A stretch of DNA of 64,000 nucleotides. Origin: Kiritimatiellia bacterium. Lineage in GTDB: Bacteria > Verrucomicrobiota > Kiritimatiellia > RFP12 > JBMNHG01. The notes under the pieces were generated by a model. It did no database searches. It was not told the DNA's origin and was given only the letters and a program-made list of their open reading frames with translations. Position numbers and translations under genes: made by a program. The DNA lies in NCBI GenBank assembly GCA_050950285.1, contig JBMNHG010000002.1, forward strand, positions 312,296 through 376,295, in the 5' to 3' direction. This document shows positions 57,157 through 64,000 of the stretch, piece after piece (position 1 is the first letter of the stretch; each line of letters opens with the position of its first letter).

Positions 57157-57238
57157 GGGCAATAGAGGATACCGGATGGATTCCCGCGGCGCAAACGCAA
57201 CTTTCGCGCACGAGGGTGTGATTCAAAATAGTTGATGG

Positions 57239-58669
57239 TTAGGCGGCAGGGAGGTGGGAGCGGAAGCGGGCGGTGAGGGCGCAGATGGCGGCGGCGTTGT
57301 GGAAGCGCCAGTGCATGCCCGACTGCTTGCATCGCCTCGCGACGTCGGTTCGGCACGCCGCTTCGACGACGCCCGAGCCGATGTAGAGCCCCTGTTTGCG
57401 GTACTCGCCGTAGCGCATGTTGTCCTTGCGCTTCTCGAAGTATTCCAGCTCCTTCCAGGCGGGGTGGTCCGGCGGCAGGGCTCCGTGTCGCTTGCGCAGG
57501 TGCTTGACCAGCGACGCGCCGCCGTGGCGGCGCAGGACGGCGCGCGCGGTGCCGAAGGCTTTCTTCACGTCCTCCTGCGGGAGCGCGAGCCCGAGGAAGG
57601 CCCGCAGGTGCTCGCAGGCGTGGTAGAAGTCGCAGGTGAAGACGACGTCCGCCCCGGGGAAGGCGTCGCGGACGATGCTGGCGATCCAGTCGGCGCCGTC
57701 TCCGACGACCTGTATCCTGAAGCGCCCGGAGCCGAGTCCGCGGCTGAACGCGAGGCGCCTGAGCAGCGAGCCGAACTCCGCGGCGGTCTCCGGCGAGACG
57801 ACGTGCGACTCGCAGCCGGGGTCGCGGACCGGCCTGCCCTTGCGGTCGATCCGCCTGTAGGTGCCCACGACGCCGACCTTGACCTCCCGGGTCCTGGCCT
57901 TCCCGTCCCCGCCCTTGCCCTTGACGCCCCTCACGTCTTTTTTGACGCACGGCACGCCGGTGCCGTCGAGCATGATGTAGAGCGTGGGCGCGACCGGCGC
58001 GGTCGCCGCCAGCAGCCAGGCGGGCAGGAGCGGTTCGGGGATCCACGCGGCGGGGTTCTTCTGCGCCTCCAGCGCACGGGCGCCCGCGGCGAGCGCCCGG
58101 CGCCGGAAGGTGGACCCGGACATGCGCACGCCCGAGAGCAGCGCGAGCAGGTCCGCCCCCTCTGCGAAGGATCCCGCGGCCACGGCCGCGCGCTGGAGGC
58201 GGCCGGCGAGCGCCGGCGTCATGCCGTCGCGCAGCCCGAGCGCCTCCTTGAGCGGGAAGGCCGACGCCGCGTCCCCCTTGCGGGGGAACTTCCCGTTCTT
58301 GGCCTGCCGCCTGCCTTTGGCCGCCGCCCGCTCCCGGGCCCGCCGGGCCTGCCTTGTCATCCGTTCCGGCGCGGGGCCGTAGTAGGCGCACGTGAAGCGC
58401 ACGTGCCCGAAAAGCGTGTCCGCCCCGGTCTCGCGCCAGCCGTCGGGCGCGCCGTGGGGCGCGGCCTTCCCGACGGCGCAGAGGACGAGGGAGAGCAGCG
58501 CGGCAAGGTCCTTGGCGGCGGCCCGGGCAAGCCGCTCGTCGAGCCGGTCGAGACAGGGAGGGGTTTCGCCGGGGCCGCATCCGGCATCGGCTCGCCGGAG
58601 CCCCCGCAAAACCTCTCCCAGATTCGCGAAGGCGACCTCGGGAAGCGAGGGGATCAGGCTTTTTTTTTG
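57239..58669 (-). CDS. DDE transposase orfB (copy 1), probably reached by frameshift from orfA
   Basis: YIMLDGTG, REVKVG, GDGADWI, DFYHACEHL and IGSGVVEAAC motifs. Confidence 0.9.
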   Translation of the reverse strand, partial: QKKSLIPSLPEVAFANLGEVLRGLRRADAGCGPGETPPCLDRLDERLARAAAKDLAALLSLVLCAVGKAAPHGAPDGWRETGADTLFGHVRFTCAYYGPAPERMTRQARRARERAAAKGRRQAKNGKFPRKGDAASAFPLKEALGLRDGMTPALAGRLQRAAVAAGSFAEGADLLALLSGVRMSGSTFRRRALAAGARALEAQKNPAAWIPEPLLPAWLLAATAPVAPTLYIMLDGTGVPCVKKDVRGVKGKGGDGKARTREVKVGVVGTYRRIDRKGRPVRDPGCESHVVSPETAAEFGSLLRRLAFSRGLGSGRFRIQVVGDGADWIASIVRDAFPGADVVFTCDFYHACEHLRAFLGLALPQEDVKKAFGTARAVLRRHGGASLVKHLRKRHGALPPDHPAWKELEYFEKRKDNMRYGEYRKQGLYIGSGVVEAACRTDVARRCKQSGMHWRFHNAAAICALTARFRSHLPAA

Positions 58670-59007
58670 AAGCGCAGCGCAAGGCGGGCGCCGAGCTTCT
58701 CGTAGCGGGACGCCAGCTCCCGGTACTTGCGCCCGTTCTCCAGCAGGCGCCGGACTTCCCCGACCTTGTCGCGCGGGATGCGGCAGTACCTGCGTTTCCC
58801 CGTCCCGTCGTTGTATTGCAGGATGGGCGAGGTCGGATACTCGGAGACGGTCCCGTCCTTCTTCACGTACCTCGTCTTCGGGTTCTCCTTCAAGCTGCCC
58901 TCGAGGCAGGGCCCGAGCGCCAGTATCTCCCTGGCGATCCCGTCCATCTCCCGTTCGATCCCGTCCGCGTCCCTGTCGATTTGCCCTGTTTTCCTGTCCA
59001 TGTCCAT
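58654..59007 (-). CDS. IS accessory orfA (117 aa, DUF6788-like), copy 1
   Basis: RBS GAGGA then ATG; GPCLEGSL...; ends FKKKA* across an A9 tract. Confidence 0.75.
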   Translation of the reverse strand: MDMDRKTGQIDRDADGIEREMDGIAREILALGPCLEGSLKENPKTRYVKKDGTVSEYPTSPILQYNDGTGKRRYCRIPRDKVGEVRRLLENGRKYRELASRYEKLGARLALRFKKKA

Positions 59008-59354
59008 GGTTTTCCTCGGCTTGATTAGTGTACTCGTATTTGAGTACACCAATATTGGCGCATCGTTTCGGGGAAAGCAAGTGCAAAACCAACAAAACCA
59101 CGCGCTTTTTTTCGGCCGGACGAAACACTCCCGCCAGATTGCCGCTACACTATCAGCTATTTTGAATCACACCTCGCGCACGACATCCGAACGCTTGTTC
59201 CTTGTCAATCGCATGTCGGCTCGCTACTCTTGCCTATCCATGGTGCCGTCTTGATGTTGCCGTCATTTTTTGTGAGGCGATTGCAAAACCCCTTCCCCCT
59301 GGGGACCGCCGTCCCCGGCGGGCTCGGTTTCGCAAAAGCCTCTTTGCAAGAATT

Positions 59355-59383
59355 TGTAAGAAAGGGAAGGCTGGATACGTATT
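59355..59383 (+). promoter_or_regulatory. Possible ECF-type promoter upstream of the sigma gene
   Basis: TGTAAG-N17-CGTATT resembles the ECF -35/-10 architecture. Confidence 0.35.
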
Positions 59384-60062
59384 AGACTGTAGGAAAGCAG
59401 CTCAACGGAAAGAAGCGACATGGCCGAGAATAGAGACGAATATCTGCCGACGCGGAACAGCCTCCTGGGGCGGTTGAAGAATCTGGACGACCAGACAAGC
59501 TGGCGCGATTTCTTCAACACCTACTGGAAGCTGATCTACAACACGGCGATCAAGGCGGGGCTCTCGCCCGCCGATGCGGAGGACGTGGTCCAGGAAACGG
59601 TCCTGACGGTCACGAGGCGCATCAAGGAGCTGAAGTATGATCCCGCGCTGGGCTCGTTCAAGGGGTGGCTGCTGAATACCACAAGGTGGCGCATTGCCGA
59701 TCAGTTCCGCAAGCTGAACGCCGGCAGGATTGCCGATCATCATCACTCCGAAAACGACGGCCGGCGCACCGCCGCCATCGAGCGGATGCCGGACGACTTC
59801 AACTGGGACGAACACTGGGAACGCGATTGGCAGCGGAACCTCATGGATGCGGCCATCGAGAAGGTCAAGCGCGAAGTCAGCCCCCGTCAGTTCCAAGGTG
59901 TGATTCAAAATAGCTGATAGTGTAGCGGCAATCTGGCGGGAGTGTTTCGTCCGGCCGAAAAAAAGCGCGTGGTTTTGTTGGTTTTGCACTTGCTTTCCCC
60001 GAAACGATGCGCCAATATTGGTGTACTCAAATACGAGTACACTAATCAAGCCGAGGAAAACC

Positions 60063-60416
60063 ATGGACATGGACAGGAAAACAGGGCAAATCGACAGGGA
60101 CGCGGACGGGATCGAACGGGAGATGGACGGGATCGCCAGGGAGATACTGGCGCTCGGGCCCTGCCTCGAGGGCAGCTTGAAGGAGAACCCGAAGACGAGG
60201 TACGTGAAGAAGGACGGGACCGTCTCCGAGTATCCGACCTCGCCCATCCTGCAATACAACGACGGGACGGGGAAACGCAGGTACTGCCGCATCCCGCGCG
60301 ACAAGGTCGGGGAAGTCCGGCGCCTGCTGGAGAACGGGCGCAAGTACCGGGAGCTGGCGTCCCGCTACGAGAAGCTCGGCGCCCGCCTTGCGCTGCGCTT
60401 CAAAAAAAAAGCCTGA
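60063..60416 (+). CDS. IS accessory orfA (117 aa, DUF6788-like), copy 2
   Basis: MDMDRKTG...RFKKKA*; A9 tract at 60402-60410. Confidence 0.75.
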   Translation: MDMDRKTGQIDRDADGIEREMDGIAREILALGPCLEGSLKENPKTRYVKKDGTVSEYPTSPILQYNDGTGKRRYCRIPRDKVGEVRRLLENGRKYRELASRYEKLGARLALRFKKKA

Positions 60417-61831
60417 TCCCCTCGCTTCCCGAGGTCGCCTTCGCGAATCTGGGAGAGGTTTTGCGGGGGCTCCGGCGAGCCGATGCCGGATGCGGCCCCG
60501 GCGAAACCCCTCCCTGTCTCGACCGGCTCGACGAGCGGCTTGCCCGGGCCGCCGCCAAGGACCTTGCCGCGCTGCTCTCCCTCGTCCTCTGCGCCGTCGG
60601 GAAGGCCGCGCCCCACGGCGCGCCCGACGGCTGGCGCGAGACCGGGGCGGACACGCTTTTCGGGCACGTGCGCTTCACGTGCGCCTACTACGGCCCCGCG
60701 CCGGAACGGATGACAAGGCAGGCCCGGCGGGCCCGGGAGCGGGCGGCGGCCAAAGGCAGGCGGCAGGCCAAGAACGGGAAGTTCCCCCGCAAGGGGGACG
60801 CGGCGTCGGCCTTCCCGCTCAAGGAGGCGCTCGGGCTGCGCGACGGCATGACGCCGGCGCTCGCCGGCCGCCTCCAGCGCGCGGCCGTGGCCGCGGGATC
60901 CTTCGCAGAGGGGGCGGACCTGCTCGCGCTGCTCTCGGGCGTGCGCATGTCCGGGTCCACCTTCCGGCGCCGGGCGCTCGCCGCGGGCGCCCGTGCGCTG
61001 GAGGCGCAGAAGAACCCCGCCGCGTGGATCCCCGAACCGCTCCTGCCCGCCTGGCTGCTGGCGGCGACCGCGCCGGTCGCGCCCACGCTCTACATCATGC
61101 TCGACGGCACCGGCGTGCCGTGCGTCAAAAAAGACGTGAGGGGCGTCAAGGGCAAGGGCGGGGACGGGAAGGCCAGGACCCGGGAGGTCAAGGTCGGCGT
61201 CGTGGGCACCTACAGGCGGATCGACCGCAAGGGCAGGCCGGTCCGCGACCCCGGCTGCGAGTCGCACGTCGTCTCGCCGGAGACCGCCGCGGAGTTCGGC
61301 TCGCTGCTCAGGCGCCTCGCGTTCAGCCGCGGACTCGGCTCCGGGCGCTTCAGGATACAGGTCGTCGGAGACGGCGCCGACTGGATCGCCAGCATCGTCC
61401 GCGACGCCTTCCCCGGGGCGGACGTCGTCTTCACCTGCGACTTCTACCACGCCTGCGAGCACCTGCGGGCCTTCCTCGGGCTCGCGCTCCCGCAGGAGGA
61501 CGTGAAGAAAGCCTTCGGCACCGCGCGCGCCGTCCTGCGCCGCCACGGCGGCGCGTCGCTGGTCAAGCACCTGCGCAAGCGACACGGAGCCCTGCCGCCG
61601 GACCACCCCGCCTGGAAGGAGCTGGAATACTTCGAGAAGCGCAAGGACAACATGCGCTACGGCGAGTACCGCAAACAGGGGCTCTACATCGGCTCGGGCG
61701 TCGTCGAAGCGGCGTGCCGAACCGACGTCGCGAGGCGATGCAAGCAGTCGGGCATGCACTGGCGCTTCCACAACGCCGCCGCCATCTGCGCCCTCACCGC
61801 CCGCTTCCGCTCCCACCTCCCTGCCGCCTAA
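60401..61831 (+). CDS. DDE transposase orfB (copy 2)
   Basis: Same motifs as copy 1; lies in the -1 frame relative to orfA. Confidence 0.9.
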   Translation, partial: QKKSLIPSLPEVAFANLGEVLRGLRRADAGCGPGETPPCLDRLDERLARAAAKDLAALLSLVLCAVGKAAPHGAPDGWRETGADTLFGHVRFTCAYYGPAPERMTRQARRARERAAAKGRRQAKNGKFPRKGDAASAFPLKEALGLRDGMTPALAGRLQRAAVAAGSFAEGADLLALLSGVRMSGSTFRRRALAAGARALEAQKNPAAWIPEPLLPAWLLAATAPVAPTLYIMLDGTGVPCVKKDVRGVKGKGGDGKARTREVKVGVVGTYRRIDRKGRPVRDPGCESHVVSPETAAEFGSLLRRLAFSRGLGSGRFRIQVVGDGADWIASIVRDAFPGADVVFTCDFYHACEHLRAFLGLALPQEDVKKAFGTARAVLRRHGGASLVKHLRKRHGALPPDHPAWKELEYFEKRKDNMRYGEYRKQGLYIGSGVVEAACRTDVARRCKQSGMHWRFHNAAAICALTARFRSHLPAA

Positions 61832-62206
61832 CCATCAACTATTTTGAATCACACCCTCAGTTCCAGATCTTCGACCTGTATGTCCTGAAGGAGTGGCCGG
61901 TCAGCCGCGTCACCGCGGCGCTGGGCGTCAGTTCCGGCCAGGTGTATCTGGCCAAGCACCGCATATCCGCCCTGCTGAAGAGGAAGTTGAAGGAGCTGGA
62001 AACCAGGTTGTTTTGACGGCTTGGAGGTTGAAGCATGGCCTGCTCTTTGAGAGAATCCGCCCTGCGGCCGAAACGGTACCCGCTTGACGGGTGCCGGAAC
62101 GACAGGGATGTCCGGCGCAGCCTGCTGCGGCGTCTGTCGCGCGCCCTTTGCGATGGAGAGTGTTCGGTGAAGAAGAGCCAATCGGCTGGCGGAGACGGGA
62201 GCGGCC

Positions 62207-64000
62207 ATGAACGCGGATGATCCCCACGCCGCCATCCGGGCGGACAACGCCCCGCCCGTTCCGGTCATTCCGGACCATACCCTGCTGCGGATCATCGGCC
62301 GAGGCAGCTATGGCGAGGTCTGGCTGGCAAGGAACAACGCGATCAACCACTACCGCGCTGTGAAGGTCGTCTATCGGTCGCAATTTGACTCCAGCGAGCC
62401 TTTTGACCGCGAGTTTGCCGGGCTGCAGCGCTACGAGCCCATTTCCCGCGGGCATTCGGGGCTGGTCGGCATCCTGCACGTCGGCGTGAACGAGGAGGCG
62501 GGATATTTCTACTACATCATGGAGCTGGCGGACGACCAGCGCTCGCGTCAATCCTTCGACCCGGCCACCTACACCCCGACCACCCTGCACGCCGTGCAGC
62601 GCAGTCGCGGGCGCCTGCCGCTGGCGGAGTGCCGTGAAATCGGCCTGATGCTTTCAGACGCCCTCGACCACCTCCACCGGCAGGCGCTTGTACACCGCGA
62701 CATCAAGCCGCACAACATCATCCTTGTCGATGGCGCGCCCAAGCTGGCGGACATCGGTCTGGTCTCGACCGTGGACAAGGCGCGCTCGTTTGTCGGCACG
62801 GAGGGCTACGTGCCCCCGGAAGGGCCGGGAACGCCGCAGGCGGACATCTATGCGCTCGGCAAGGTGCTCTATGAAATCAGCACGGGCAAGGACCGCCTGA
62901 GCTACCCCGAACTGCCGGACGACATCGAGGCCATCCCCGATCGCAAGCAGTGGCTGGAGTTCAATGCCATTGTTCTGCATGCCTGTTCCGACAACCTCGC
63001 GCTGCGCTATCAGAATGCAAGTCAGCTCCATGAGGATATCGTGCGGAGCGCATGCGGGAAGGCGCCCCGCCTGCCGCGGGCCCGGCGGCGCACGCCACGG
63101 GTTGCCGCAGCAGCCGTAGGAGGCGTTCTCGGACTCGTGGTGGCGGCGCTCGTCCAATACCGGCTACAGTCCGCCGCCGGGATCAAGCTGGCCTGGGCGA
63201 CTCCCCCGGGCTTCCGAAGCGCCTTTGTCGGCAACGTCCTGGGGGATGGCCGGCCGGAACTGGTGGCCGGGGACGGCACGGGCGCCGTCGTTTTTTCACC
63301 CGGAGGCGAGCGCCTTGCGGGGCTGCCGGACATCGGCGACGTCCGATATCTCGGCGACGTGGATTCGGACGGATACGTAGAAATCTTTGCCGCCAGCCAC
63401 CCCCGGCAGGGGTGGGAAATCCTGCGGGCCTGCACGGCGGAAGGCAGGGTCGTCCAGGCCTTCGCCGTGCGCGCCGCGCCCGACACCAGCGTGCATCCGT
63501 TCCATATCGAGGACATTGACCGCGACGGCCGCAAGGAGATCCTGACCATGATTTTCTCGGCCTATTCGCGCGGTCCGCGCGGCATTGTCATTTTCGATGC
63601 GACGACGGGCAAGGAAAAGGGCCGATTCGAGATCGGGCCCGGCATCGCCCCCTTCCCATGGGTCGGCTACGTGTTCGGCAGCCAGCAGAAACGCATTGTC
63701 TTCGGGAGCACGGGGGTCGCCAACGGCCGGACGGGGGCGGATGGTTCCAACGACGAGTCCTCGTACCTTTGGTGCCTGGATTCCAGGGGGGATGTCGTAT
63801 GGCGTCGCGGGCCGTTCCATTCCGGGGGCTTCTTCAACTGCGACATGGCCGTTCCCGGCGGCAGGCAGGATCACACGCGGTACGTGGCCGTGAGTCTGCG
63901 CGAGCATGGGATGTACGAGTGGGAGGGGCGCATCGGTACGATCAAGCTCCTCGACATTACCGATGGAACCGAGATTCCCAACGCCACCCGCGCCTTCGGC
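62207..64000 (+). CDS. Membrane Ser/Thr protein kinase with extracytoplasmic FG-GAP/propeller-like repeats; runs off the right edge
   Basis: Manual translation: IGRGSYGEVW, AVK, YYIMELAD, HRDIKPHN, LADIG, GTEGYVPPE, DIYALG; then TM VAAAAVGGVLGLVVAALV; then DVDSDG and DIDRDGRKEI repeats. Confidence 0.92.
   Translation, partial: MNADDPHAAIRADNAPPVPVIPDHTLLRIIGRGSYGEVWLARNNAINHYRAVKVVYRSQFDSSEPFDREFAGLQRYEPISRGHSGLVGILHVGVNEEAGYFYYIMELADDQRSRQSFDPATYTPTTLHAVQRSRGRLPLAECREIGLMLSDALDHLHRQALVHRDIKPHNIILVDGAPKLADIGLVSTVDKARSFVGTEGYVPPEGPGTPQADIYALGKVLYEISTGKDRLSYPELPDDIEAIPDRKQWLEFNAIVLHACSDNLALRYQNASQLHEDIVRSACGKAPRLPRARRRTPRVAAAAVGGVLGLVVAALVQYRLQSAAGIKLAWATPPGFRSAFVGNVLGDGRPELVAGDGTGAVVFSPGGERLAGLPDIGDVRYLGDVDSDGYVEIFAASHPRQGWEILRACTAEGRVVQAFAVRAAPDTSVHPFHIEDIDRDGRKEILTMIFSAYSRGPRGIVIFDATTGKEKGRFEIGPGIAPFPWVGYVFGSQQKRIVFGSTGVANGRTGADGSNDESSYLWCLDSRGDVVWRRGPFHSGGFFNCDMAVPGGRQDHTRYVAVSLREHGMYEWEGRIGTIKLLDITDGTEIPNATRAFG

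Larger units (their letters stand above)
57214..59174 (-). mobile_element. ISKra4/ISLre2-like (prokaryotic Mutator-like DDE) insertion sequence, copy 1, 1961 bp
   Basis: 23-bp terminal IRs (A/G)GGTGTGATTCAAAATAG(C/T)TGAT; 9-bp target duplication CGCGCACGA at 57205-57213 and 59175-59183. Confidence 0.93.
59896..61856 (+). mobile_element. ISKra4/ISLre2-like insertion sequence, copy 2, 1961 bp
   Basis: Same IRs as copy 1; 9-bp target duplication TCAGTTCCA at 59887-59895 and 61857-61865; translated ORFs identical to copy 1. Confidence 0.93.
59420..62016 (+). pseudogene. ECF sigma-70 factor interrupted by IS copy 2 (208 aa when reconstructed)
   Basis: 59420-59895 encodes PTRNSLLGRL...DAEDVVQET...SFKGWL...VSPRQF. 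61866-62016 continues IFDLYVLKEWPVSRVTAALGVSSGQVYLAKHRI. Joined length is 627 nt, in frame. Confidence 0.93.

Noticed and set aside
59942..60400. N-terminal 150 aa of the 629-aa transposase ORF (and its mirror at 58670..59128)
   Set aside because: Overlaps orfA, which has the RBS and ATG. This stretch looks non-coding, and a frameshift fusion is more plausible.
57214..61856. Single composite transposon insertion
   Set aside because: The outer flanks do not share a target duplication; each IS has its own.
62035..62220. 61-aa ORF between the sigma gene and the kinase as a possible anti-sigma factor
   Set aside because: No TM segment or HxxxCxxC zinc motif, and no coding signal.

Overview
High-GC (roughly 68-70% by eye) bacterial chromosomal segment. 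Gene content suggests a PVC-superphylum organism, probably Kiritimatiellota-like; this is inference. Housekeeping genes include tpiA-secG, a family-5 ABC solute-binding protein, a DeoR-led 2-oxoacid dehydrogenase operon (fused E1, E2, lpdA), DUF167, a chromate-transporter pair, tandem acyl-CoA synthetases, rnfE/rsxE and purD-purE. These are interleaved with five large, uncharacterised secreted proteins. Two of the five are colinear paralogues (CBM9-like/FlgD-like/beta-propeller). Two others, unrelated to each other, end in a similar short C-terminal tag (PGGTLFLLR*, GGPDPTLLILL*), which is a candidate lineage-specific sorting signal. The right end carries two apparently identical 1961-bp ISKra4/ISLre2-like insertion sequences in inverted orientation, 721 bp apart. 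Each has its own 9-bp target duplication and an A9 frameshift site. One of them splits an ECF sigma gene that lies upstream of a membrane Ser/Thr kinase. Also seen: a GH32 lacking the canonical acid/base Glu, a dispersed 48-bp REP-like palindrome, short-period intergenic repeat arrays, a decayed gene and a lower-GC glycosyltransferase insert. No rRNA, tRNA or CRISPR array was recognised. All functional calls come from motif recognition by eye; no database searches were run.
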